From Eledone cirrhosa (taxonomy: Eukaryota), in the NCBI GenBank assembly GCA_964016885.1, contig CAXHJY010000396.1:1-55344 (forward strand): 55,344 bases of DNA, given 5' to 3'. The position numbers and the translations under genes are program-made. The notes below the pieces were generated by a model that searched no databases, was not told the DNA's origin, and saw nothing but the letters and a program-made list of their open reading frames with translations. Shown here piece by piece: positions 1 to 23,974 of this stretch; the stretch's first letter is position 1; the number at the start of each line of letters is the position of its first letter.

Positions 1-225
<225 letters not shown>

Positions 226-239
226 CTATATCTATCTAT

Positions 240-362
240 CTAAGGCGGGTAAAATTCCCGAGATCCATGGACGAGTTCTCTCCAGCGGTCTCTGTCCCTC
301 ACTATCGCTGCCATATCCTGCATCTCCAACAGACCAGTGTCTGTCCTTAGGGCATCAACATA
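240..362 (-). mobile_element. 5'-truncated 3' end of the RTE-like LINE (copy 1)
   Basis: Near identical to 4391-4512; encodes [10 protein letters not shown]...EFYPP*, followed by a short (ATAG)n tail. Confidence 0.95.
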
Positions 363-391
363 TATATATATATACATATATAAATATATAC

Positions 392-422
<31 letters not shown>

Positions 423-424
423 AG

Positions 425-483
<59 letters not shown>

Positions 484-510
484 CTATATATATATATATG
501 TATATATATG

Positions 511-591
<81 letters not shown>

Positions 592-592
592 G

Positions 593-675
<83 letters not shown>

Positions 676-731
676 ATATATATGTGTGTATATATATATA
701 TATACGTATATATATATATATATATATATAC

Positions 732-811
<80 letters not shown>

Positions 812-839
812 GTGTATAGATATATATATATATATATAC

Positions 840-1374
<535 letters not shown>

Positions 1375-1380
1375 CATATG

Positions 1381-1519
<139 letters not shown>

Positions 1520-1527
1520 CTATCTAT

Positions 1528-1643
1528 CTAAGGCGGGTAAAATTCCCGAGATCCATGGACGAGTTCTCTCCAGCGGTCTCTGTCCCTCATTATCGCTGCC
1601 ATATCCTGCATCTCCAACAGACCAGTGTCTGTCCTTAGGGCAT

Positions 1644-1650
<7 letters not shown>
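1528..1650 (-). mobile_element. 5'-truncated 3' end of the RTE-like LINE (copy 2)
   Basis: Same boundaries as copy 1, 1288 bp downstream; one substitution seen versus copy 1. Confidence 0.95.
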
Positions 1651-1714
<64 letters not shown>

Positions 1715-1717
1715 TAC

Positions 1718-1941
<224 letters not shown>

Positions 1942-1942
1942 G

Positions 1943-1974
<32 letters not shown>

Positions 1975-2001
1975 CGTATATATATATATATATATATATA
2001 C

Positions 2002-2271
<270 letters not shown>

Positions 2272-2491
2272 GTATATATATATATATATATATATATACG
2301 TATATATATATATATATATATACGTATATATATATATATATATATACGTATATATATATACGTATATATATATATATATATATATATACGTATATATATA
2401 TATATATATATATACGTATATATATATATATATATATACGTATATATATATATATATATATATACGTATATATATATATATATATATATAC

Positions 2492-2523
<32 letters not shown>

Positions 2524-2607
2524 GTATATATATATATATATATATATACGTACATAAATATATATATATATATACGTACATATATATATATATATATATA
2601 TATACGC

Positions 2608-2640
<33 letters not shown>

Positions 2641-2673
2641 CGCATATATATACATATATATATATATATACGC

Positions 2674-2706
<33 letters not shown>

Positions 2707-2707
2707 C

Positions 2708-2866
<159 letters not shown>

Positions 2867-2939
2867 CATCTATATATACATATATATATATATATATATA
2901 CATCTATATATACATATATATATATACATATATATATAC

Positions 2940-3038
<99 letters not shown>

Positions 3039-3060
3039 TGTATATATATGTATATACATA

Positions 3061-3093
<33 letters not shown>

Positions 3094-3106
3094 GTATATA
3101 CATATA

Positions 3107-3175
<69 letters not shown>

Positions 3176-3176
3176 G

Positions 3177-3208
<32 letters not shown>

Positions 3209-3275
3209 TATATGTATATGTATATATATATATATGTATATATATATGTATATGTATATATATATAATATATATG

Positions 3276-3537
<262 letters not shown>

Positions 3538-3542
3538 GATAT

Positions 3543-3842
<300 letters not shown>

Positions 3843-3871
3843 GTATATAGATATGTATATATATATGTATA

Positions 3872-8584
<4,713 letters not shown>

Positions 8585-8706
8585 AAGATAGACATAGAAT
8601 ATTCGAAATTATCCTGTATGTTTATAATAAACATTTTGAAGACCTAATCGCTATAGAATAGAATACGTCACGTATTACAATTAGATTCTCGATAAAAGCA
8701 AGGGAA

Positions 8707-8749
8707 GTAACCTACGCGTTTCATTCTTATTAGAAATCTTCAGGATTAC
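8707..8749 (-). ncRNA. Type I hammerhead ribozyme (left arm)
   Basis: GUAAUC CUGAAGA U-UUCU-AAUA-AGAA-U GAAA CGCG UA GGUUAC: 6-bp stem I, palindromic stem III ACGCGU. Confidence 0.85.
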
Positions 8750-8875
8750 ATATCCAGTGCTTTTATCGAGAATGACACAGCTAGAGACTTATAGAATACT
8801 TAAACCAGTTCCTGTACACAGCTAAGTATTCTATAATTCTCTAGCTGTGTCATTCTCGATAAAAGCACTGGATAT

Positions 8876-8918
8876 GTAAGCCTGAAGATTTCTAATAAGA
8901 ATGAAACGCGTAGGTTAC
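8876..8918 (+). ncRNA. Type I hammerhead ribozyme (right arm)
   Basis: gtaagc CTGAAGA tttctaataagaat GAAA cgcg TA ggttac; one stem I mismatch; stem I extended by ttctcgataaaagca/tgcttttatcgagaa. Confidence 0.8.
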
Positions 8919-9073
8919 TTCCCTTGCTTTTATCGAGAATCTAATTGTAATACGTGACGTATTCTATTCTATAGCGATTAGGTCTTCAAAATGTTTATTA
9001 TAAACATACAGAATATTTTCGAATATTCTATGTCTATCTTCACATATATATCGCTATTTCAGAGCATTTAATC

Positions 9074-14044
<4,971 letters not shown>

Positions 14045-14047
<3 letters not shown>

Positions 14048-14250
14048 TAGTATAATAAACCTTTCAAGGATTTACACAAATCCAGCCTCCTGTCATTTCA
14101 TTATAATATTTAACTCCGTAATAGCACCACCAACTACAAAAACAAAGACGGTTGAACTGCCTGACGTTGAGTACTCTCTATATTATTGCATTACGATTGA
14201 CCATACGGAATAGACCAGCTCTATACAGTGGTAAACCTCAAACCTGAATA
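14045..14250 (+). mobile_element. Solo 3' portion of the HHR element family seen at 54899-55269
   Basis: Aligns by eye to 55066-55269 (tcatagtataataaacctttcaagg...gtggtaaacc); flanked by (TA)n. Confidence 0.85.
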
Positions 14251-14256
14251 TGTATG

Positions 14257-14493
<237 letters not shown>

Positions 14494-14527
14494 TTATATA
14501 TATGTATATATATATATATGTATGTAT

Positions 14528-14562
<35 letters not shown>

Positions 14563-14599
14563 TGTATTTTTGGAGGGCCATGCCAATAAATCTTGCAAA

Positions 14600-15888
14600 A
14601 CAAATACAAAACTGAAGTATATATAAACATACTAGGAATGTCCAAAAATCCTAACAAAAACAGTAAGTTTAAGTCTATGAAATCAGAAATTCAGAGCAGT
14701 CTTCGGCAAATGAAAGATAATTGGTGGCAACAGGACGCTAATGAAGCACAAGCAGCTGAAGACCGCAAATACTCTAAAACCTTCTTTTCATATATAAAAG
14801 AGTTTTTTTTTGTCCTAGAGCAAGCAACGATATCCCCTGTGAGATCTGTTGATAGGCAACAACTCTTTACGGATGTCATATCCATACAGAAAAGTTGGGT
14901 GCAACGCTACTCTGATCTGCTTAACAGGCCATCAAGTGTGAATATGGACACAATTGAGAGAATGGACAATCTTCAAGTCATTGAAGAAATGTCTTCTGAG
15001 CCTTCAGTAGATGACATCACCGCAGCTGGGAAGAAATTAAATAGCAATAAATCTCCTGGTATCGATGGTATCACTTCAGAAATATTGAAATTTGGTGGAC
15101 AAACAATGATCGAAATACTTCACTCATTACTTTTGCATCGTTGGAGAGTGGATGAAGTACCACAGGACTGGGTCGATGCTATTTTAATATCACTTTTTAA
15201 GTCTGGTGCTAAATATTTATGCGGTAAATTTCGTGGCATATCTTTGTTATATGTTGTTGGAAAGGTACTCTCGTATATTCTTTCATAGCGTCTTCACAAA
15301 TTAATTCATCGTTCCAAGAGCTGTGTCAGAATCACTGTGTGGTTTTCGCCCCTCTCGCGGGACAGTTGACATAATTTTCACTGTCCACCTGTATAAGAAA
15401 AATGGACAGAGCAAAACATGGAATTATATCATTGTTTTAAAGACCTTAGCAAAACATTCGACACTGTTACCAGGACTACACTGTGGTTGGCGTTGAAAAG
15501 ATTTGACTGTCCTGAAAAGTATATGAATATGATTAAAGCCCTCCATAAGGATATGAAGGCCTGTATTAATATTGGTGGCACTCATTCAGAACGGTTTGAA
15601 GTGGAAAATGTAGTAAGGCAGGGAGACCTTGAAGCACCAACACTCTTAGCCATCTATTTTGCGGCGATGCTGTCAAATACCTTTGCAACATCAACAGATG
15701 GAGTATTTATCCAATATCGATCTTCAGGCAATGTGTTCAATATGACTAGAATGAGATTCAACTCTAAAGTCTTCACCTCTTTGATCCGTGGACTTCTATA
15801 TGCAGCTCACTGAGGAGGGCTTGTAAAGCCTGATCAGTGGTTTCGACGCAGATTGTGATGTGTTGGGTCTTATAATTAATTTGAAAAA
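14600..15888 (+). pseudogene. Decayed RTE/BovB-like reverse transcriptase fragment
   Basis: ORFs 14593-15288 (KSPGIDGI, VPQDWVDA, FRGISLL) and 15418-15813 (FKDLSKTFDTV, VRQGDLEAPTL, LLYAAH); stops and frameshifts. Confidence 0.88.
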
Positions 15889-16430
15889 GGTTTCTTGGTG
15901 AGGAGGGTGACTTTGGACATCCTGCAGGACTAAAAACAAAACCTGTCAAAGGGCAAAGGAGCTTTTAAGAGTCAATGGCCATCCAAAATCACCGGGAGAG
16001 ATGACCCCTTAGCCTTTGTACAGGCAGAATTCTAGGAGAAGGAAAACTCTGATATAACACCTGCAACCCTGATGGTATCCAATGATGTTAACTTGTTCTT
16101 CTTTTTGGTAAATATCATCTTGGTTAATAGAGTGGGACTGGCTTTGTGCAGTGCCTTTGCTCACTATAAAAGCTTCAAGGCACAGACATTGCTTTATATC
16201 TGGATATCTCTCTGCACTTGTCAACACATGGTACCATGGGCCCAGCACTATGTGTCAATAATTGTCACAAGTGTAGTGTTTGTACCAAAGTTTTGAAGTC
16301 ACTGGCTGGACTAAAAAGTCACACTTGTTCAGCGCATCGGTAGGGGTTCTCCTACATGGATATAAAGTAGTGGCCGTACTCGAAAACGAGTTGGAAGCCA
16401 CCATGTATGTATGTATGCATGTGTTTATGT
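15889..16430 (+). mobile_element. Non-coding retroposon copy with (TATG)n tail; same family as 50575-51190
   Basis: Reverse complement of ~50575-51093; ends ggaagccaccatgtatgtatg. Confidence 0.8.
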
Positions 16431-16433
16431 ATG

Positions 16434-16566
16434 TCATTGGATACCATCAGGGTTGCAGGTGTTATATCAGAGTTTTCCTTCTCCTAGAATTCTGTCCTGA
16501 CAAAGGCTAAGGGTCATCTCTCCCGGTGATTTTAGATGGCCATTGACTCTTAAGAGCTCCTTTGCC
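16434..16566 (-). repeat. Inverted partial duplicate of 15952-16085
   Basis: tcattggataccatcaggg...ctcctttgcc is the reverse complement of 15952-16085. Confidence 0.9.
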
Positions 16567-16589
16567 TTTTTTCGTCTGCATTATTAAAC

Positions 16590-16790
16590 TTTACGGTGGA
16601 TTTGCAGTATCGGTTGAGGGTCGGACGCCATGCTTTGCAGCAAAGAGTTACGGCCCTTTGTGATCTGAGTTCAAATCACGCAGAGGTTAACTTTACCTTT
16701 CATCTTTATGGGGTCGATAAAATAAAGTACCAGTAATACACTGGAATAATTGCTGACCTTGTGCCAAAAGTAAAAACAATTATTAAACTT
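16590..16790 (+). mobile_element. tRNA-derived SINE (Octopus-type); further copies ~20820-20950, 21375-21510, 22615-22770, 23490-23630(-), 23980-24165, 24285-24435, 29150-29260(-), 29485-29695, 29735-29945, 32830-33005(-), 43215-43400, 43610-43835
   Basis: Shared core gagttcaaatcccgccgaggttaactttgcctttcatccttacggggtcgataaaataaagtaccag with B-box-like GTTCAAATC. Confidence 0.85.
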
Positions 16791-17211
16791 TACGAGACGC
16801 ATGCTGCTGTGAATATAAAATGTATTGACATGCCGATTATAGAGGCTGTCAGCTTTGCTATTTCCACGAGAATTTGTCAAAATACAATCTCGTTCTCTCT
16901 CTCTCTCTCTCCCTCACTCCCTCTCTTACCTTCTCTCCCCCCCCCCCCCCCTCTTTCTCTCCATCCGTCTGTATGTGAGAGAGAGAGAGTATTTGTGATT
17001 CAATTGCCTAAAAACAACTTTTTGTATTTTAGCGATTTAGAGATATTTAATGTTCTATATCATCTTACTTGTTTCAGCGGCCATGCTGGGGTACCGCCTT
17101 AATTTAATTGATCACATCGTCCTCTTCCCACCACTACATATTCATATTTTCAAGTCTAGTACTTATTTATCTATCTCTTTTTTATCGACTCTCCACTAAG
17201 TTACATGACCG

Positions 17212-17331
<120 letters not shown>

Positions 17332-17422
17332 CGAAGGAAATGTGGTAAGGAACCAGGTGGACCATAACGCACCAAAGTACTCAATACTTGAGGTAGTAGA
17401 GTGGGTAATAGGAACCAGTAAG

Positions 17423-17516
17423 ACCCCGACAGCTGAGCTCAAGCCGTTTCGACGGCTAATTCTGGACTAAATGAAAATTTATCCTGGTATTTAGATAGCC
17501 GATCTTCTCAAGGGGT
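17423..17516 (-). ncRNA. Type I hammerhead ribozyme, U3-A8 core variant (left arm)
   Basis: Mirror copy of 19565-19658. Confidence 0.75.
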
Positions 17517-19564
17517 AATTCCATATATGGTCAAAGTGATTGTCAAAAATCAGTAGTAATTCTGTGGTTGCAAATTAGTAGGGGAGATGGTGGCTAAACC
17601 TGCCAGTAGGAGAAAGAGGGGAGGGGGTGGAGTAGACCCAATCAAGCGTTGGTAGTGCCAGCTACAGCTGGGCATGAGGTCAAAGAAGATACAGGGGAGG
17701 GGGAGGGGGAGGAAGTCGGAACGGTAGGTAGAACAATGGGGGGTAGAAATAGGAAAGAAAAAATACTGAGAGTGAAGAAAAGCAAATAAGTGTAAAGAAA
17801 AAAGTAAAGTAAATTAAATTCTACGACCTAGGTGTCAAGCTATTGTTAGGCAAGAATAAGATAAAGAAAGAAAGAAAGAAGTAAATAAATAAATAAATAA
17901 AGAAATAAAGAAATAAGTAAGAGAACTAGGTGGGACGGATAAGGCAAGGACCCTTTTAAGAGGTATAAGTACGTAAATGATACGGTGACGGGTCAAGAAA
18001 AGGGGCCAAAATACTAAAGAGACTACCACGAAATAAACAATAAAGGTTTCCATCCCGGGCCAGCAACGACCCAGTGCAGCAAAGTGAACTTGTACGAGAT
18101 AATAATTCTGAGTCCCGAGAAAAATATATACTAATGCTAACTCTAAAAGATCTAAAACAAGCTACATGAAAGTTCGTACGAAATAAAGGTAGAATACGGA
18201 GAAATAAATTCAGAATCCACCCCGCCCAGAAGAAAAGCGAAGCAAGAAATACTGAAACGAAAAAATAAGGCATAAGTGCCACTAAGAAATATAGAGGGCA
18301 CAGAGAATAGTGGGAGCGGTCGGAAAGAGGGGGAAAGTATCCGGGGTCTAAGCCAACTGCTATAAAGGGCGGAGTCCGCCAAATCTATCAAAGACTAGGG
18401 GAGGGGGGGTACTAAGGCTACATGGGGCCAAAGGCAGCCTCGGGTGGGCGAGAAAAGACGCCGACAAAGGAGAAGAGCTGGGGTAGAAGGACAAGGGAGA
18501 GAGGGGGGGAGGAAATAAAGGAAGCGATAAAAGAATCTTTGTATTCTTTTATCGCTTCCTTTATTTCCTTCCCCCCTCTCTCCTTTGTCCTTCTACCCCA
18601 GCTCTTCTCCTTTGTCGGCGTCTTTTCTCGCCCACCCGAGGCTGCCCTTCGGCCCCATGTAGCCTTAGTACCCCCCCTCCCCTAGTCTTTGATAGATTTG
18701 GCGGACTCCGCCCTTTACAGCAGTTGGCTTAGACCCCGGATACTTTCCCCCTCTTTCCGACCGCTCCCACTATTCTCTGTGCCCTCTATATTTCTTAGTG
18801 GCACATATGCCTTATTTTTTCGTTTCAGTATTTCTCGCTTCGCTTTTCTTCTGGGCGGGGTGGATTCTGAATTTATTTCTCCGTATTCTACCTTTATTTC
18901 GTACGAACTTTCTTGTAGCTTGTTTTAGATCTTTTAGAGTTAGCATTAGTATATATTTTTCTCGGGACTCAGAATTATTATCTCGTACAAGTTCACTTTG
19001 CTGCACTGGGTCGTTGCTGGCCCGGGATGGAAACCTTTATTGTTTATTTCGTGGTAGTCTCTTTAGTATTTTGGCCCCTTTTGTTGACCCGTCACCGTAT
19101 CATTTACGTACTTATACCTCTTAAAAGGGTCCTTGCCTTATCCGTCCCACCTAGTTCTCTTACTTATTTCTTTATTTCTTTATTTATTTATTTATTTACT
19201 TCTTTCTTTCTTTCTTTATTTTATTCTCGCCTAACAATAGCCTGACACCTAGGTCGTAGAATTTAATTTACTTTACTTTTTTCTTTACACTTATTTGCTT
19301 TTCTTCACTCTCAGTATTTTTTCTTTCCTATTTCTACCCCCCCATTGTTCTACCTACCGTTCCGACTTCCTCCCCCTCCCCCTCCCCTGTATCTTCTTTG
19401 ACCTCATGCCCAGCTGTAGCTGGCACTACCAACGCTTGATTGGGTCTACTCCACCCCCTCCCCTCTTTCTCCTACTGGCAGGTTTAGCCACCATCTCCCC
19501 TACTAATTTGCAACCACAGAATTACTACTGATTTTTGACAATCACTTTGACCATATATGGAATT

Positions 19565-19658
19565 ACCCCTTGAGAAGATCGGCTATCTAAATACCAGGAT
19601 AAATTTTCATTTAGTCCAGAATTAGCCGTCGAAACGGCTTGAGCTCAGCTGTCGGGGT
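19565..19658 (+). ncRNA. Type I hammerhead ribozyme, U3-A8 core variant (right arm)
   Basis: acccc TTGAGAA ga(t)cggcta-[loop with ctaaat/atttag]-tagccgtc GAAA cggc-ttgagctca-gctg TC ggggt; predicted cleavage after C19653. Confidence 0.78.
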
Positions 19659-19693
19659 CTTACTGGTTCCTATATATATATATATATATATAT

Positions 19694-19909
19694 GTAAGTA
19701 TAGCAACACAACAGTTAGTTCACCATACCGAGAACAACTGTTTCACCTTAAGCGGTCAACCATGACCAGTCCGAGCTGAAGATCCGCCTAAGATGAAACA
19801 ATTGTTCTCGGTATGGTGAACTAACTGTTGTGTTACTACTTCTACCAAACTCGTCCCATGGACTGATTGCTCTACTACTACGGATATAACCCTCCAGTGT
19901 TCTACCCCC

Positions 19910-19910
<1 letters not shown>
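19694..19910. mobile_element. Small fold-back HHR element (arms ~19704-19755 / 19784-19833, tail to ~19910)
   Basis: aacacaacagttagttcaccataccgagaacaa versus ttgttctcggtatggtgaactaactgttgtgtt. Confidence 0.8.
19771..19811 (+). ncRNA. Minimal type I hammerhead ribozyme
   Basis: ccgag CTGAAGA tccgcctaagat GAAA caattg TT ctcgg: 5-bp stem I, palindromic ACAAUUGU stem III, weak stem II. Confidence 0.75.
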
Positions 19911-19965
<55 letters not shown>

Positions 19966-19973
<8 letters not shown>

Positions 19974-20312
19974 ATACTTTGGGAGGGTCATGTTGCCAAT
20001 AAGAAACACACACACCAGTTGTGCCCCTCCTTTGTTCTGTCCTACGCCATCAAACAACATGGCGTAGGAGAGAACAAAGGAGAGGCACAAAAACAAAAAA
20101 AAAGAAAAGAATCCCCAATCACTGAAGAGGTCACAGAATGTGTGACAAATAACTTTGACAATATATAAACAACCATCTGGTTGTGGAACCAACCAACCAA
20201 CCGGAAATTTATAAATTCCTAATTTTATAAATTTATTATAATAAATTGAAGTGAAAGCAACTGGTGCGTGTGTTTCTTATTGGCAACATGACCCTCCCAA
20301 AGTATAACAATA
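19966..20312. repeat. Inverted repeat pair (~55-bp arms, ~235-bp spacer) between (TA)n runs
   Basis: tattgttatactttgggagggtcatgttgccaataagaaacac versus gtgtttcttattggcaacatgaccctcccaaagtataacaata. Confidence 0.8.
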
Positions 20313-20626
20313 TCGGTTTCAACACACGTTTTCAGATAAAGAATCTTGCTAAACAAATTCAGAAACGAAATATATATATATATATATATATAAGAATAAG
20401 AGGAAAGGAAGGGGACCACAGTTAAATAAAATACTCAATACATTAGTAGGGCGGGCACATATTTATTTCATATAGAATGACATTATATATAAATATATAT
20501 AGTGTATTGGTATGTAATGCTTAGTCGCAAATGATTCACCCGTTTCAGCTCTCAATGCTATTATTTGTGTCAGGCTACCGATGTGGGGTTCTGCATTTGT
20601 TGCTACACCATAGTCGGTATCCTTAA

Positions 20627-20709
20627 GTCTGATGAGCTATCGATTCCAGAATCGGGCCTGGTCACTACTGATCGTATCTTGAACTGATCAATCACGAAAC
20701 GCGCGTCAC
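20627..20709 (+). ncRNA. Possible degenerate hammerhead ribozyme
   Basis: CTGATGA g...c GAAA cgcgcg TC with palindromic stem III, but only a 2-bp stem I. Confidence 0.4.
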
Positions 20710-20959
20710 GCGTGTACAAACATGATGATGTTATATCGATATTTCGTTCCTGCTCATAATGCACTGGGATAATTGTTGGCCTTGTGCCTAAAGTAGAAAT
20801 AATAATTATTATCAAATACCGTCGAGGTTAGCTTTGCTTTTCATCGTTACGGGGTCGATAAAATGAAGTACCATAGATGCACTAGGGTCGATTTAATCGA
20901 CTTTCCCCTCACCCGTATTGCTGGCCTAGTGCCTAAAGTAGAAATGATTATTATTTTAC

Positions 20960-21100
20960 GAAGAGCTTCGGCAGTTTCCGTCTACCAAATTTTAGTCAAA
21001 CCAAGGCTATAGTAAGAGACACTTACCAAAAGTGGCACGCAGTGGAATTGAACCCAGAACTAACTAGTTGCGAAGCGAGCTCCTTAACCCCTCCGCTACA
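20960..21100 (-). mobile_element. tRNA-derived SINE fragment (second family)
   Basis: Minus strand ggttcaattccactgcgtgccacttttggtaagtgtct, a B-box plus typical SINE core. Confidence 0.65.
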
Positions 21101-21857
21101 CCAGTAATACTTCTATATATTTCACCAGGAGCCTGACTAGTGTATCTAAGCTAATGTGTATTGAATAAGCAACTGCCATGGTTTTGAGTTGGCATCACTT
21201 TGCAAACAATGCATCGTATATCAATCCCAAAGTCAAGAAACCTAACTCTGTTGATCAAGTTAGTTTCGCCCACCTAGTTTAGGGTTAAAAGTTAGTTATC
21301 ACCCTTTAGTGCAGTTTAAAGTACTGTATACTCATCGCTTGGTTTCTAATTTTGAGTCGTTAGAACAATGACTTTAGGCAATCCATTTAGCAGAGTCGTT
21401 AGAGAGTTGGATATTTCTTCCGGGTCCATGCTTTCTGAGATCAAATCCTGCCGAGGTCCAATTGTTTTCATCCTTTCGGGGTCGATAAAGAAAGTAAATA
21501 CGCAGTACTAGTGCAGCCCCCTTCCTTCCAGATGTCACATCGAGGATGTTCTGGTAGATCAAGAGAGGGTCGGAAAGATGCTTGTGTCTACTCGCGATTT
21601 CATGGACGCCTAAAAACCTTAACGAAAACATGTTGCATACGACGAAGTCATACTCGATTGCGAGTAACGACTGTACTACGATAATGACTTTCCCTTGCAA
21701 ATGCTCCTTGGAAAATGAATCAACAAAGTGCGATTTCAATATCTTCCATTTCTAAATCTGTGGCCAGGTGGTAAAATATTGATTTCTTCAACTTCTGCTT
21801 AACTCTGCGCCTGAGCATGATTTAAGAAGGTCAATTTGCTGCTGTTGCTGCTGCTGT

Positions 21858-22180
21858 TTCTTCTTCTTCTTCTTCTTCTTCTTCTTCTTCTTCTTCTTCT
21901 TCTTCTTCTTCTTCTTCTTCTTCTTCTTCTTCTTCTTCTTCTTCTTCTCCGTCTCCTCCTCGTCGCTCACTTATTCCTGAGAGGGTCATGGGAGCAGAGT
22001 CCTCAAACACACCATCCAGAGGGTCCTGTCAGAATCAACTGTCTCCAATTGATCCGGTTGGATCCCCAAACGAGACCAGCCGCGCTCATGGATGTTATCC
22101 AGCCATCTGGCTCGGGGTCTCCTGCCGGTTGGTTTTTGCCCGTAAACTCTGCCTTGGTATTTGTACCGGCTCACTGCGTT
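21858..22180 (-). mobile_element. 3' fragment of a LINE with (GAA)n tail
   Basis: YQGRVYGQKPTGRRPRARWLDNI...DRTLW C-terminal LINE motif; (TTC)n at 21858-21948. Confidence 0.7.
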
Positions 22181-22776
22181 CTAAGCCCCCACCCCCACCA
22201 CCACAGACACAGACACACACACAAACACATACATACACACGCAGACAGACACACACATACACACACACATATACACACACACACGGATGAAGGCAACTGG
22301 TTTTTCTACTTTCGGAGTTAATAAATAAAGAAGAGGTCAAGAGGAGCTGAATTGGTGGAATTGTTAATAGAATCGGACAGGATGCTTTGCAGTATCTGAT
22401 CATACCCTGTGTGTTTTGTATTGAAATCCTGTCTCCTCCATACATGTGGTGATACATTGCAGTAAACGCTACCATTAAAGAAAATGTTTTGATGAAGTCA
22501 AGGATTCCCTAATGTTTCACCTTCTCAGGGGAGTGGATAAAACAGGGCAATGATCAAAAGCATTCTTGCCATAGCAATCTGCTTTTTTTTCTTTTTTCAC
22601 AGCCTAGTATATATAAGGCGAAGAGTTAGCAATTATAATTAGGGATCGGATTTAAAACGCCTCAGTTTTTGTTCCAGCTCACTGCGCTCTTGAGTTCAAA
22701 TCCCATCGAGGTAAACTTTCTCTATTATCCTTTCGAATCAATAAATAAAATAGCAGTCCAATACTGTAGTCCAATC

Positions 22777-22828
<52 letters not shown>

Positions 22829-23680
22829 TATACTGGAAGAAATCGGCTACATTCAGACCAGGGAACGGATGGGCTCAGTCAGGTTTGAAATACCGAAGAT
22901 GGTACTCCTATGACACCATCAGGTATTAAGGGCCTTTTACTTACATCATTTTTTTTTTAAATAGCAAAGTGGTATTTGAAGAAGATTTGGCTACTATTTC
23001 TTGCATGTCAAGTAACCACACATCAGTATCACCATTAGCTCCTTATGCTTAGTTTCTTTGGTAAGGTGGTGATTCGGAACAACTGAATACCTTACAGTAC
23101 TTGGTTTGTGGCCTAACTATTCGCCGGATCAATTTATTTGACTCTAGTTTTCCCCTAATATTTCCTTTTTCTTTGACCCGCAACTCCTGATAGAGTCATA
23201 GGGTCACCGTAGTGACATACGGAGTTTCTTGGACATTTTAAACCTGGCGGAGCCCATCTCCTTTCCAGGCTTGAACAAAGTAGATTTCTTCCAAAGAAGG
23301 AGAGAATGTGACAGAGAGGAAACTGTAGGTTTTATGAAACAATTGTACCATAAATTAAACAGGCCTCTGGTGTATGAAGTAATTACGGTCATCGTGAGAA
23401 AATCACTGCACTATAATAATTTGATACTGTTTATCCCCTCATTATATTTCGATGAAAGAGATATAGAGCAAGAATCTATAATTCTAGTATTAGATTGGTA
23501 CTTTATTTATTGAAAGGATGAAAGGCAAAGTTGACCTCGGCGGGATTTGAACTTAGAGAGTAGAGAGCTGGAACGAATACCGTAAAGCATTCCATCCGAC
23601 GTTCTAAGTCCTCTGCCAATTCGCTGCCTTCCCCTATATTTACATATGGAAAAAAAAATTTCGAATTGAATGGTCTCGGG

Positions 23681-23974
23681 TAGGGACGTTCAACAGGCGC
23701 CCCGCGAGCCACAATCCGGCCCGCCAGACCAGTCACAGTGACCCGCGATGATCGTTTTTAATGTTTACTTTGTAGACTTATTTAGAATTTTTTTCATAAC
23801 CGTAATACAATTTTCTGTTAGTTGACCTATACTAAAGGGCTTCACTGATAGGGTTATGTGTTATAGTTCCTAGTTCCATGTTATGGAAAGAAGTGCTTAA
23901 TAAATATTAATGGCCGTAATAGTTGTTTCAATGTTCAAAAGTGGCCTGCCAATGGAATATGTTGCACATCCCTG
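23681..23974. mobile_element. hAT/Charlie-like MITE
   Basis: Ends tagggacgttcaac / gttgcacatccctg with subterminal ggcccgc motifs. Confidence 0.55.

Noticed and set aside
17835-19531. Mirror-image hydrophobic ORFs in the palindrome
   Set aside because: Low-complexity T-rich translations with no RT or GIY-YIG motifs
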